Source of the DNA: Occultella glacieicola
Lineage (GTDB): Bacteria > Actinomycetota > Actinomycetes > Actinomycetales > Beutenbergiaceae
Length of the DNA: 64,000 nucleotides
Assembly: GCF_004353825.1 (NCBI RefSeq)
Contig: NZ_SMNA01000005.1
Span: 1 to 64,000, forward strand
Direction of reading: 5' to 3'
The translations under genes were made by a program, and so were the position numbers. Each line of letters opens with the position of its first letter. The first letter of the stretch is position 1. This document shows, piece by piece, positions 9,710-20,554 of the stretch. The notes beneath the pieces are model-generated. The model saw only the letters and a list, made by a program, of their open reading frames with translations, ran no database searches and had not been told where the DNA came from.

Positions 9710-10690
9710 TCACGGTGACTGTGTCGCACCGACGGCCGTCCTTGCACGACCACCCGTGATCCGCGCCCGCGCGGCCGCGACGATCGCAGCCACCGTCTCC
9801 TCCCACGCAGTGAACGTCACACCGAAGACTTCGGTGGTCTCCTCATGCGTGGCGACGAAGGGAGCATCGAACTGGTAGAGCATCTCGATGATCTCCCCGA
9901 GTTGCGGCTGCGCCAGCCCGAGCAGCCGCAGGACCGGCCTCGGGATCCGTGACACTCTGGCCCTCGGCAGACCGCCCGCCGCCGCGACGTCCTCGGCGAC
10001 CTGACGGATCGACCGGGCCGGGGCGCTCGGCACGTGCCAGGCCCTGCCCCAGGCCCGCTCGTCCTCGGCGAGGGTGAGGATGGTGCGGGCGATGTCGTCG
10101 ACGGCAGTCCAGGTGTGCGCGGCATCCGGATCTCCGACGACAGCGGCACGCCTGCCCCGGAGCACCGGGTCCACCAGACGCGGGCCCGCGTGGGCGCCGT
10201 CGGTGGAGACCACCTGTGCGCCGACGTAGTCGGAGCCACGCAGTTCCAGCGTCCGGATCCGTCCCGCCCGATGCGCGGCGACCAGGTCGGCCCAGATCCG
10301 GGCCCGGATCGCGCCCTTGCGGGTGGGCGGGTCGATCGGGGTCCGGGCGCTCATCGGGCTCGACCCCGCCGGGTACACGTAGAAGTTGCCGACGAGCGCG
10401 AGCACGGCTCCGCTCGACTCGGCCGCGCCCATCACCTCCCGGTGGATCGGCGGCCAGCCCGCCTGCCACTGCCGATAGGGCAGGTTGACGGCGTTGACGA
10501 TCACCGAGGCGCCGGCCGCCACCTCGCCGAGACCGCCGGCCGCCACGTCCAGCGCGACCCGGTCGATCCCGGGCCGGTGCGGCCCGCTCCCCGACCGGGT
10601 CACCACCGTGACCCGGTCACCGCGCGCGGCGTACCTGCTCGCCGTGGTCGCGCCGATGGGTCCGGCTCCGAGGACAACGATCCGTGCCAT
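9710..10690 (-). CDS. NAD-dependent epimerase/dehydratase (atypical SDR)
   Basis: GAGPIG Rossmann motif at the N-terminus; GGAGGA ribosome-binding site. Confidence 0.9.
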   Translation of the reverse strand: MARIVVLGAGPIGATTASRYAARGDRVTVVTRSGSGPHRPGIDRVALDVAAGGLGEVAAGASVIVNAVNLPYRQWQAGWPPIHREVMGAAESSGAVLALVGNFYVYPAGSSPMSARTPIDPPTRKGAIRARIWADLVAAHRAGRIRTLELRGSDYVGAQVVSTDGAHAGPRLVDPVLRGRRAAVVGDPDAAHTWTAVDDIARTILTLAEDERAWGRAWHVPSAPARSIRQVAEDVAAAGGLPRARVSRIPRPVLRLLGLAQPQLGEIIEMLYQFDAPFVATHEETTEVFGVTFTAWEETVAAIVAAARARITGGRARTAVGATQSP

Positions 10691-10706
10691 GATTCCTCCA
10701 TGTTGT

Positions 10707-10770
10707 GAACAGTGTTCTCTATTGCGAACAGTGTTCACCCGAGTAGAGTGATCCGTCAAGAACACTGTTC
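10707..10770. promoter_or_regulatory. Three copies of the palindrome GAACA-S-TGTTC, probable TetR operators
   Basis: Copies at 10707-10717, 10726-10736 and 10760-10770 between the divergent SDR and TetR genes. Confidence 0.8.
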
Positions 10771-10801
10771 ACACTTTTCGACCGAAGGCACCGCACGCCC
10801 C

Positions 10802-11584
10802 ATGCAGCCCGCCCCGTCCGACCCGCCGGATCCGCCCACACGGCCCACACAGCCCGCATCCCGGACCCCGCGTGAGCGTGCCCGCGCCGCGATGATCGAC
10901 GACGTTCTCACCGTGGCCCGGCGCCAGCTCGGCGAGGTCGGCGCCGCCGGGCTCTCGCTTCGGTCGGTCACGCGCGAGGTCGGCATCTCCCCGTCGGCCG
11001 TGTACCGCTACTTCTCGAGCCGGGACCACATCCTCACGGGGCTGATCCTGGAGGGCTACACGCGTCTCGGCACGGCCGTCACCGCAGCCGACGACGCGCT
11101 CCCGCCGGACCGCGTCACCACCCGGTGGCACCAGGTCTGGCACAGCACCCGAGACTGGGCCGTGGCCAACCCTCACGAGTACGCCCTGCTCTACGGCACC
11201 CCGGTGATCGGGTACGACGCGCCCCCGGAGACGGTCGAGCCGGCCACCCGTGTGGTGGTCCGTCTCACGGAGATCTTCTTCCACGCGGCCCGTCGGGACC
11301 TGCTCACCGACCGCGTGGACCTCAGCGACCCGGCGCCGACCCCGGGCCTGCGCGAGGACGCCGAGAGTCTCTTGCGCACGATCGACGCCCTGGGCGTGCC
11401 CGTGCCGGCCGGTCTCGACCCGGCCGACCCGGTGCGGGTGGTGAATGCCTGGAGCGAACTGTTCGGCGCCATCTCGTTCGAGCTGTTCGGGCACTACGTC
11501 CGCAGCATCACCCGGCACGCCGAGCACCTCGACACGCTCGCGGCGGCCACCGCCCGACAGCTCGGTCTGCCCGAGCGGGACTGA
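10802..11584 (+). CDS. TetR/AcrR-family regulator with WHG-type C-terminal domain
   Basis: LSLRSVTREVGISPSAVYRYF helix-turn-helix; WSELFGAISFELFGH C-terminal motif. Confidence 0.9.
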   Translation: MQPAPSDPPDPPTRPTQPASRTPRERARAAMIDDVLTVARRQLGEVGAAGLSLRSVTREVGISPSAVYRYFSSRDHILTGLILEGYTRLGTAVTAADDALPPDRVTTRWHQVWHSTRDWAVANPHEYALLYGTPVIGYDAPPETVEPATRVVVRLTEIFFHAARRDLLTDRVDLSDPAPTPGLREDAESLLRTIDALGVPVPAGLDPADPVRVVNAWSELFGAISFELFGHYVRSITRHAEHLDTLAAATARQLGLPERD

Positions 11585-11633
11585 CGAGAACACGGTCGAC
11601 GGCGGCCGCGCGCCGGGCGGATACGCTCGCCGG

Positions 11634-12275
11634 ATGCGCACGCTGCTTCTTGCCTCCGCCTCGCCGGCCCGAGCCGCCACCCTGCGCGCCGCCGGGCTGG
11701 AGCCCCTGATCCGGGTCGCCGACCTCGACGAGGACGCGGTCCTGCGCGAGCACGCCCGATCCCGACCGTCGGACCGCCCCGCCTCCACCGTGGCGGAGGC
11801 GGTCCTGATGCTGGCCCGAGCGAAGGCCGAGCACATCGCGCAGGCGCCGGGCGCAGCCACTTCCGCCGACCGGCCGGACGTCATCCTTGGCTGCGACTCG
11901 CTGCTCGAACTCGACGGACGCGCTCTGGGCAAGCCCGGCACGGTCGAGCGCGCGACCGGCCGCTGGCGGCTGATGCGCGGCCGGACCGGGGTGCTCCACA
12001 CGGGCCACTGGCTGATCGGTGCCGACGGGCGCAGCGTCGGGAGGGTCTCGAGCACCACGGTCCACTTCGCCGACCTCACCGACGCCGAGATCGAGGCGTA
12101 CGTACGTACCGGCGAGCCCCTCGCCGTCGCCGGGGCGTTCACGATCGACGGTCTCGGCGGAGCCTTCATCACCGGCATCGAGGGCGACCACCACGGCGTG
12201 GTCGGGATCAGCCTGCCGCTGCTGCGCACGATGCTCGGCGAACTGGGTCTGAACTGGACGGACTTCTGGTCGTAG
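11634..12275 (+). CDS. maf: Maf-family nucleoside triphosphate pyrophosphatase
   Basis: LASASPAR, GCDS, LGKP and GEPLAVAGAFTIDG motifs; conserved position before accA. Confidence 0.92.
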   Translation: MRTLLLASASPARAATLRAAGLEPLIRVADLDEDAVLREHARSRPSDRPASTVAEAVLMLARAKAEHIAQAPGAATSADRPDVILGCDSLLELDGRALGKPGTVERATGRWRLMRGRTGVLHTGHWLIGADGRSVGRVSSTTVHFADLTDAEIEAYVRTGEPLAVAGAFTIDGLGGAFITGIEGDHHGVVGISLPLLRTMLGELGLNWTDFWS

Positions 12276-12358
12276 TCGGTCAATGAGACGCACCCGACCC
12301 GATTTTGTACCTGTTGCACTACGACATCCGCGAGCCGCGCCTCAACCTACGGCACCGT

Positions 12359-12375
12359 TTGTAGACACCCCACAA
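12359..12375. promoter_or_regulatory. Palindromic operator TTGTAG-N5-CCACAA upstream of the biotin carboxylase gene
   Basis: TTGTAGACACCCCACAA; arms identical to 1601-1617. Confidence 0.65.
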
Positions 12376-12545
12376 GTCAGCCGGAAGTGCGTTGCGCCGA
12401 AGAACAGACTTCCGCCTGCCCGGGAGTCGCGATTGGGCACATCGCCGCGGCAGGGCTAGCGTGAACCGACGCCGACGTGCCCAAGGGCGCCGACCGGCTT
12501 GACCAGAGGCGCGGCGACGGCGCGCCGACCGATCGAGGAGAGTGC

Positions 12546-14387
12546 ATGTCGACGAGCGCGGCGACCACCACCCAGAATCACCCGCTGCGCAAGGTGCTCA
12601 TCGCCAACCGCGGCGAGATCGCGGTCCGCGTGGCCCGTGCGTGCCGGGACGCCGGTATCGCCTCGGTCGGCGTCTACGCCGACTCCGACCGCGACGCCCA
12701 GCACGTCCTGCTCACCGACGAGGCCTTCGCCCTGCACGGCGTGCGGGCCGCCGAGACCTACCTCGACTCCGCCAAGCTCCTCGACGTGGCCCGCCGAGCC
12801 GGCGCGGACGCGATCCATCCCGGGTACGGGTTCCTCTCCGAGAACCCCGACTTCGCCCGCGCCGTGATCGCCGCGGGCCTGACCTGGATCGGCCCGCCAC
12901 CGGCCGCGATCGACGCCCTGGGGGACAAGGTCAGCGCCCGGCACATCGCCCAGCGCGCCGGGGCGCCGCTGGTGGCCGGCACACCCGACCCGGTCTCGGA
13001 CGCGAGCGAGGTGCACGCCTTCGCCGCCGAGCACGGGCTCCCGGTCGCGATCAAGGCCGCCTTCGGTGGCGGCGGGCGCGGCCTGAAGGTCGCCCGCACG
13101 GTCGAGGAGATCGACGAACAGTTCGAGTCCGCGGTCCGGGAGGCCACCGCGGCGTTCGGACGCGGCGAGTGCTTCGTCGAACGCTTCCTGGACCGGCCCC
13201 GGCACGTGGAGACCCAGTGCCTCGCCGACGACCACGGCACCGTCGTGGTGGTCTCGACCCGCGACTGCACCCTGCAGCGCCGGCACCAGAAACTGGTCGA
13301 GGAGGCCCCGGCGCCGTTCCTCACCCCGGAACAGGACGCCGAGCTGCGGCAGGCCTCCATCAGCATCCTGCGCGAGGCGGGCTACCGCGGCGCCGGCACC
13401 TGCGAGTTCCTCATCGGCACCGACGGCACCATCTCGTTCCTCGAGGTGAACACCCGGCTGCAGGTCGAGCACTGCGTCACGGAGGAGGTCGCCGGGATCG
13501 ACCTCGTCCGTGAGCAGTTCCGGATCGCGGCCGGTGAGCCGCTCGGCTACACCGAGGTGAGCACCCGGGGCCACTCGTTCGAGTTCCGCATCAACGGGGA
13601 GGACCCGTTCGGCAACTTCCTGCCCTCCCCCGGCACCATCAACTCGCTGCGCTGGCCGAGCGGCCCGGGCGTGCGGGTCGACTCCGGCGTGGTCGGCGGG
13701 GACGTCATCTCCGGGGCCTTCGACTCCATGCTCGCGAAGGTCATCGTCACCGGTGCGACCCGGACCGAGGCCCTGCAGCGGGCGCGCCGGGCGGTCGCCG
13801 AGACCGAGGTCACCGGTATCCCCACGGTGCTGCCGTTCTTCCGGGCGGTGCTCGCGGACGCCGACTTCACCGCGGCCACGGTCGACGACTTCCGCGTCCA
13901 CACCACCTGGATCGAGAGCGAGTTCGCCGAGCGCCTCGCCCCGCCGCACGACGGCGGCCGTGCTGCACCCGCCCCGGCCCCCACCACCGCGGCGCCGGCC
14001 GAGTCGGCCACCGAGCGGGTGGTCGTCGAGGTGGGCGGGAAGCGGCTCGAGGTGGTCCTCCCGGCCGGCCTGAGCCTCGGCGCGACAGGACGTGCCCGTA
14101 CCCCGAAGCGCCCGCCCCGCCGGGCCACGAACCGTTCCGTCGGCGCCGGCGGTGGTGGGAACGCGCTGGCGAGCCCGATGCAGGGCACGATCGTGAAGGT
14201 CGCCGTGGCCGACGGCGAGATCATCAACGAGGGTGACCTCGTGGTGGTCCTCGAAGCCATGAAGATGGAGCAGCCGCTGGTCGCGCACCGGTCCGGTCGG
14301 GTCCACGGGCTCAGCGCCGCGGTCGGCCAGACCGTCGGGTCGGGCACCGTGATCTGCCAGATCGACACGCTGGAGGACGGCGACTGA
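12546..14387 (+). CDS. accA: Acetyl/propionyl-CoA carboxylase alpha subunit (biotin carboxylase plus BCCP)
   Basis: [28 protein letters not shown] and biotinylation motif EAMKM; GAGGAG ribosome-binding site. Confidence 0.96.
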   Translation: MSTSAATTTQNHPLRKVLIANRGEIAVRVARACRDAGIASVGVYADSDRDAQHVLLTDEAFALHGVRAAETYLDSAKLLDVARRAGADAIHPGYGFLSENPDFARAVIAAGLTWIGPPPAAIDALGDKVSARHIAQRAGAPLVAGTPDPVSDASEVHAFAAEHGLPVAIKAAFGGGGRGLKVARTVEEIDEQFESAVREATAAFGRGECFVERFLDRPRHVETQCLADDHGTVVVVSTRDCTLQRRHQKLVEEAPAPFLTPEQDAELRQASISILREAGYRGAGTCEFLIGTDGTISFLEVNTRLQVEHCVTEEVAGIDLVREQFRIAAGEPLGYTEVSTRGHSFEFRINGEDPFGNFLPSPGTINSLRWPSGPGVRVDSGVVGGDVISGAFDSMLAKVIVTGATRTEALQRARRAVAETEVTGIPTVLPFFRAVLADADFTAATVDDFRVHTTWIESEFAERLAPPHDGGRAAPAPAPTTAAPAESATERVVVEVGGKRLEVVLPAGLSLGATGRARTPKRPPRRATNRSVGAGGGGNALASPMQGTIVKVAVADGEIINEGDLVVVLEAMKMEQPLVAHRSGRVHGLSAAVGQTVGSGTVICQIDTLEDGD

Positions 14388-14450
14388 CCGCAAGGTGCCC
14401 GAGCCCTGAGACGACCCGGCGGCCTTCGGCGCTCGCCCTAGGCTGATCGG

Positions 14451-15455
14451 GTGACCCACGCGCTGAACCCCGACGGCCGACGCGCCCACGGACCCGCCGA
14501 CGCCTGGGTCCAGTGCGGTTGCGGCCAGCGCCACTGGGGCACGGCCGGTGCAGCCGGGCTGCTGCTCGCCGACGGCGGCCCCACGGACGTTGCGCCCACC
14601 CGCGTCGTTCTGCAGTTCCGCGCGGCCTGGTCCCACCACGGTGGCACCTGGGGCGTTCCTGGTGGCGCCCTGGACCCCGACGAGGACTCCCTGACCGGTG
14701 CCCTGCGCGAGGCCGAGGAGGAGGCCGGGATCCCCCCGGCCGCCGTCGCCCCGCTGGCGACCTCGGTGCTGCGCCACCCGGACTGGTCCTACACGACCGT
14801 GCTCGGCAGGACCGTCCGCCACGTGGATCCGGCCCCGACCGACGCCGAGAGCGCCGAGGTCGCCTGGGTCGACGTGGACGAGGTCGTGAACCGCCCCCTG
14901 CTGCCGGCCTTCGCGGAGGCCTGGCCGAGTCTGGCCACCCTGCTGCGGGTGCGCCCGGTGCTGGTCGTGGACGCGGCCAACGTGGTCGGTTCCCGCCCGG
15001 ACGGCTGGTGGCGGGACCGGGCCGGCGCGGCGTCCCGGCTGGCCGGCGAACTGGCCGCCCTCGCCGCGCGCGGGGTGCCCGCCGGCCTGCTCGGGCTGCC
15101 CGCGGACCACTGGTGGCCCGAGGTCGTGATGGTGGTGGAGGGCGCGGCCCGCGGGATCACGATCGGGCCCGATGACCACGCCGTCTCGGGTGCCGGTCAG
15201 CCCGGCCCGGTGCTGCCGCGGGTGCGCATCGTGGACGCGGCCGGCTCCGGTGACGACGAGATCGTGCGGCAGGTCGTCGCGGCCCGGGCCCCGGCCACCC
15301 CGGCCCGGGCCCCAACGGCCCCGACCTCGGCAGTCGCTGGACCGGCCGTCACGGTCGCCACGTCCGACCGTGGCCTTCGCGAGCGGGTGAGCGCGGCCGG
15401 GGGCCGGTGGGTCGGCGTCTCCGCGCTGCGGGCGCACCTCGATTCCGCTCACTGA
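14451..15455 (+). CDS. NUDIX hydrolase fused to a C-terminal PIN/NYN-like domain
   Basis: Complete Nudix box [40 protein letters not shown] and TSDRGLR acidic motifs. Confidence 0.8.
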   Translation: MTHALNPDGRRAHGPADAWVQCGCGQRHWGTAGAAGLLLADGGPTDVAPTRVVLQFRAAWSHHGGTWGVPGGALDPDEDSLTGALREAEEEAGIPPAAVAPLATSVLRHPDWSYTTVLGRTVRHVDPAPTDAESAEVAWVDVDEVVNRPLLPAFAEAWPSLATLLRVRPVLVVDAANVVGSRPDGWWRDRAGAASRLAGELAALAARGVPAGLLGLPADHWWPEVVMVVEGAARGITIGPDDHAVSGAGQPGPVLPRVRIVDAAGSGDDEIVRQVVAARAPATPARAPTAPTSAVAGPAVTVATSDRGLRERVSAAGGRWVGVSALRAHLDSAH

Positions 15456-15499
15456 GAGACCCGCATCCCCGAGTGGCCCGCCCGCGTAGGCTGACCCTC

Positions 15500-16474
15500 A
15501 TGAGCGCACGCACCGCCTGGGGAATCGGACTGGCCACTCTGACCGGCAGCGGCCAGGTGCTCGACGTCTGGTACCCCGCGCCCGGCCTCGGCCAGACACC
15601 CGCGCAGAGCGCGGGCCCCTACGGCGTGCCGGCCAACCTTGCGGCCCTCGCCGTGACCGACCCCGACCGCGGCACCCGCCAGGTGATCCGCCACGTGACC
15701 ACCGATCTGGACGTTCCGCCGTCGGACACCGCCGACGCCTACCTGCGCCTGCACCTGCTCTCCCACCGGCTCGTGGAGCCGAACACGATCAACCTCGACG
15801 GCATCTTCGGGGTGCTGCCGAATGTCGTCTGGACCTCGGCCGGCCCCTGCGCGGTCGACGATTTCGAGCAGACCCGGCTCCGCTTGCGGGCCGCTGGGAA
15901 GGGACGCCACATCCAGGTCTTCGGCGTGGACAAGTTTCCCCGGATGACCGACTACGTGCTGCCCGCCGGCGTGCGGATCGCGGACGCGGACCGGGTCCGG
16001 CTGGGCGCCCACCTGGCCGAGGGCACCACCGTGATGCACGAGGGCTTCGTGAACTTCAATGCGGGCACCCTCGGCGCCTCCATGGTCGAGGGCCGCATCT
16101 CCCAGGGCGTCGTCGTCGGCGAGGGCACGGACATCGGCGGCGGTGCCTCCATCATGGGCACCCTGTCCGGCGGGGGGTCGGTGCGGGTTTCGATCGGCGC
16201 TCGGTGCCTGCTCGGTGCGAACGCCGGCCTCGGGATCTCCCTCGGCGACGACTGCATCATCGAGGCGGGCCTGTACGTCACCGCGGGCACGAAGGTGACG
16301 CTGGTCGGTGACGATGCCGCCGCCGGTGAGACCGGCCGACGGGTGGTCAGCGCCCGGGCGCTCTCCGGCACCTCGAACCTGCTGTTCCGGCGCAACTCCA
16401 CGACCGGCGCGGTGGAGGCCTTCGAGCGCTCGGGCTCGGGGATCTCGCTCAACGCGGCGCTGCACGCCCAGTAG
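15500..16474 (+). CDS. dapD: Tetrahydrodipicolinate N-succinyltransferase, actinobacterial type
   Basis: [35 protein letters not shown] and FRRNS motifs. Confidence 0.96.
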   Translation: MSARTAWGIGLATLTGSGQVLDVWYPAPGLGQTPAQSAGPYGVPANLAALAVTDPDRGTRQVIRHVTTDLDVPPSDTADAYLRLHLLSHRLVEPNTINLDGIFGVLPNVVWTSAGPCAVDDFEQTRLRLRAAGKGRHIQVFGVDKFPRMTDYVLPAGVRIADADRVRLGAHLAEGTTVMHEGFVNFNAGTLGASMVEGRISQGVVVGEGTDIGGGASIMGTLSGGGSVRVSIGARCLLGANAGLGISLGDDCIIEAGLYVTAGTKVTLVGDDAAAGETGRRVVSARALSGTSNLLFRRNSTTGAVEAFERSGSGISLNAALHAQ

Positions 16475-16482
16475 GTCCGGCG

Positions 16483-17385
16483 GTGGCCCAACGTCGTCGG
16501 CGACGCCCCTGGCGGATCGCGCTCGTGCTGCTGGTCACCCTCGGGCTCACCATCGCGGCCGTGAACGTGGTGCAGAGCCTCGTACGGCTGCCGAGCCCAC
16601 CGCTGGTGCAGCGGTGCCTCGCCACGGACGGTTCGACGTCGGTCGCGCTGGACCCGGAGCAGGCCGCCTACGCGGCCCTGATCTCGGCGATCGCCACCGA
16701 ACGTGGCCTGCCGGCCCGCGCTGTCACGATCGGGCTGGCCACCGCCATGCAGGAGTCCCGGCTCGCGAACCTCGACTACGGCGACCGGGACTCCCTCGGC
16801 CTGTTCCAGCAGCGCCCCTCGCAGGGCTGGGGCACCGTCGAACAGGTCACTGACCCCGTCCACGCCACGAACGCGTTCTACGACGCCCTGGTCCGGGTGC
16901 CGGACTACGAGCGCCTGGAGGTCACGGTCGCCGCACAGGAGGTGCAGCGCTCGGGCTTCCCGGACGCGTACGCCCAGCACGAGCAGCTCGCGCGGCTGTT
17001 CGCGTCCGCGCTGACCGGGCACTCACCGGCCTCCGTGGTGTGCCGCCTCGCTGAGCCGGACCCGGCCACGACCGCGGCCCTGCCCGCGATGTTGTCCACC
17101 CGGCTGGCCCGGGACCTGCCGAGCGTGTCGATGGTCGCCGCGGAGGCCGACCAGCTGCTCGGCGTCGAGGCTCTGGTGCCCGACGGCGGAGCGGACTCCC
17201 GGGACCGGCTCGCCTGGGCGGTGGCCCAGTGGGCGGTCGCGACCGCCCACGAGACGGGCGTCAGCGAGGTGGTTGTGGCCGGGCAGCGCTGGGTCCGGTC
17301 GGAGGGCGCACGGGCCGCGTGGGCGCCGCTGCCCGAGGGCGCCGTGGGCGCCGACGACCCGGCCGGCACCGTCCGGGTGCGCTGA
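16483..17385 (+). CDS. Membrane-anchored lysozyme/transglycosylase-like protein
   Basis: N-terminal hydrophobic segment; AMQES, DSLGLFQQRPSQGWG and VQRSGFPDAY motifs. Confidence 0.7.
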   Translation: MAQRRRRRPWRIALVLLVTLGLTIAAVNVVQSLVRLPSPPLVQRCLATDGSTSVALDPEQAAYAALISAIATERGLPARAVTIGLATAMQESRLANLDYGDRDSLGLFQQRPSQGWGTVEQVTDPVHATNAFYDALVRVPDYERLEVTVAAQEVQRSGFPDAYAQHEQLARLFASALTGHSPASVVCRLAEPDPATTAALPAMLSTRLARDLPSVSMVAAEADQLLGVEALVPDGGADSRDRLAWAVAQWAVATAHETGVSEVVVAGQRWVRSEGARAAWAPLPEGAVGADDPAGTVRVR

Positions 17386-17448
17386 GCCCACGCCCGCCGG
17401 GGCCGACCTGGGACCGGTAGCCCCGGGCCGGCCGCCACCATCGGGGCC

Positions 17449-18243
17449 ATGAACCCCATGCTGAAGAAGGTCCTCGTCCTGACCGGCGCGACGGTGGTAC
17501 TCGTGCTCGGCGCCGTCGTCGCGATGACCGTGTGGGGCGATCAACTCGTGGACACCCTGCCCTCCTCCGCGCGCCGTGCCCGTCGCTACCTCTGGCTCGT
17601 GATCCCGGTGCTGGTGGCACTGGTCGGGACCCTGCTGCGCGGGCCGATCACGCGCTGGATCCTGAAGGACGGCAGCGACACGCGCGACTCGGGCATCGCC
17701 GTCGGTCGGGTCGTCTCGGTCAGCCGCACCGGGATGAGTGTCAACGACGTCCCGCAGCGGCGCTTCGAGCTGGACGTCGAGACCCCGGAAGGCACCCGGT
17801 TCCGGTCCCGGGCCACGCAACTGGTCCCCGAGCACGAGCTCGGCCGGTACCGGCCGGGCACCCTGGTCCCGGTCCGCCACCGACCCGGTCGCACGAAGTC
17901 CGTCTCGCTGGTGACCGACTCCCCCGCCGCGGCGAGGGCCGCGCTCGCCGATCACCTGGTCGCCAGGGGCCTGACCACCCCGGAGCAGCTCGACGTCTCC
18001 AGCCGTGGGGTCCGCACCCACGCGGTGCTGACCGCGGCCACACCCACCGGTCAGGTCCGCGACGCCCACACCCAGCTGCGGCTCGCCCTGGTGGTGACCC
18101 GGCCGGACGGATCCCAGTACCCCGCGAGCCAGGAGCTGTACGTGCCCCGGAACGCGCTGCCGCACCTGCGGGTCGGCGCCCGTGTCGCCGCGTTCGTGCT
18201 GCCGGAGGACGAGCGGCGGGTCTCCGTCGGCCTGGCCGTCTGA
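17449..18243 (+). CDS. Hypothetical membrane protein with a duplicated beta-barrel-like domain
   Basis: Two hydrophobic segments plus an internal repeat; paralog of the next gene. Confidence 0.75.
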   Translation: MNPMLKKVLVLTGATVVLVLGAVVAMTVWGDQLVDTLPSSARRARRYLWLVIPVLVALVGTLLRGPITRWILKDGSDTRDSGIAVGRVVSVSRTGMSVNDVPQRRFELDVETPEGTRFRSRATQLVPEHELGRYRPGTLVPVRHRPGRTKSVSLVTDSPAAARAALADHLVARGLTTPEQLDVSSRGVRTHAVLTAATPTGQVRDAHTQLRLALVVTRPDGSQYPASQELYVPRNALPHLRVGARVAAFVLPEDERRVSVGLAV

Positions 18244-18293
18244 CCGCCCACCCGTCCGTCCGAACGTTCGTCCGTCCGACAAGGAGCACCCCC

Positions 18294-19085
18294 ATGCGGA
18301 TCCTGCGTGTGATCGCGATCCTGGCCATCGTCCTGGCCGTCGGCTGGTACGCCGCCGTCGCCCTGAACGCCGGCGGCGGCGTCGACGCCTGGCTGAACGA
18401 GTCCATCGGCGTGGTCATCACGGTGGTCGTCATCGCCGGGACGGTCCTGTCCCTGACCGGTCACGGTGGCGTGGGCGCCCAGCTCGGCACGGCTCGGGGC
18501 CGGGCCTCCCGGGACTTCTCCGACGCACCCGTGGCGATCGGCACCCTCGTGGACGCCGAGCACACGGGCTGGACGGTCAACGACATGCCGCAGCTGGACC
18601 TGGTGCTGGACGTCGAGACACCGCAGGGCCAGCGGTTCCGTGCCGCGACCACCACCCTGTTCGCCCATCACGAGCTGGGCCGGCTCACCGTCGGTGCCCA
18701 TTGTCCGGTCCGGTACCGGCCGCAGGACCTGAGCCGGGTGGAGTTCGCAGTCGACGCCGACCCCGAGGAGATCCAGGCGGCCTTCAACGCCGTCATGGTC
18801 CGCCACGGTCTGACGGACCCGGCCGCACTCGAGGTGGCCGCGCGTGGCGCGGTGACGACCGGCGTGGTCACCGGGCTGCATCCCACCGGACAGGTCCGCG
18901 AGGACCACTCCGAGGTCGAGGTGCAGCTACTCGTCACCCGCCCGGACGGGAGCCGGTACCCGGCCACGAAGACGTCGTTCGTGCCGCCGACGGCGATCGA
19001 GGCCGTCCAGGTCGGGCGGATCGTCGAGCTGCGGGTGCTGCCGTGGGACGAGCAGCGGATCGCGCTGGCCCTCCCGGTGAACTGA
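18294..19085 (+). CDS. Hypothetical membrane protein, tandem paralog of 17449-18243
   Basis: AAGGAG site; shared TGxxVNDxPQ, LDVETPxG.RFR, HELGR, PTGQVR and VTRPDGSxYPA motifs. Confidence 0.75.
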   Translation: MRILRVIAILAIVLAVGWYAAVALNAGGGVDAWLNESIGVVITVVVIAGTVLSLTGHGGVGAQLGTARGRASRDFSDAPVAIGTLVDAEHTGWTVNDMPQLDLVLDVETPQGQRFRAATTTLFAHHELGRLTVGAHCPVRYRPQDLSRVEFAVDADPEEIQAAFNAVMVRHGLTDPAALEVAARGAVTTGVVTGLHPTGQVREDHSEVEVQLLVTRPDGSRYPATKTSFVPPTAIEAVQVGRIVELRVLPWDEQRIALALPVN

Positions 19086-19117
19086 GAGAACCCCGGCACT
19101 GGCGTGCCGGGGTTCTC
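19086..19117. terminator. Hairpin between convergent genes, likely bidirectional terminator
   Basis: GAGAACCCCGGCAC-TGGC-GTGCCGGGGTTCTC, perfect 14-bp stem. Confidence 0.8.
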
Positions 19118-19133
19118 CCATCGGAGCGGGGCG

Positions 19134-20435
<1,302 letters not shown>

Positions 20436-20554
20436 GTCCCTTCCTTGATTCTGGTTGCCGACGGGCAAGCGGTGCCCGGGCGAAAGATCTTCCGTCTCCA
20501 ACGTACTCGCCGATCCGGGTGTTTCCCAAACGGCTGCCGCTGCCCGGCCGTGGG

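Noticed and set aside
10707..10770. GAAC...GTTC palindromes as LexA/SOS boxes
   Set aside because: The spacer is 3 nt rather than the 4 nt of CGAAC-N4-GTTCG; the adjacent TetR is a simpler explanation
12276..12545. Possible riboswitch or sRNA in the accA leader
   Set aside because: No recognisable aptamer or strong terminator; only the 17-bp palindrome is supportable
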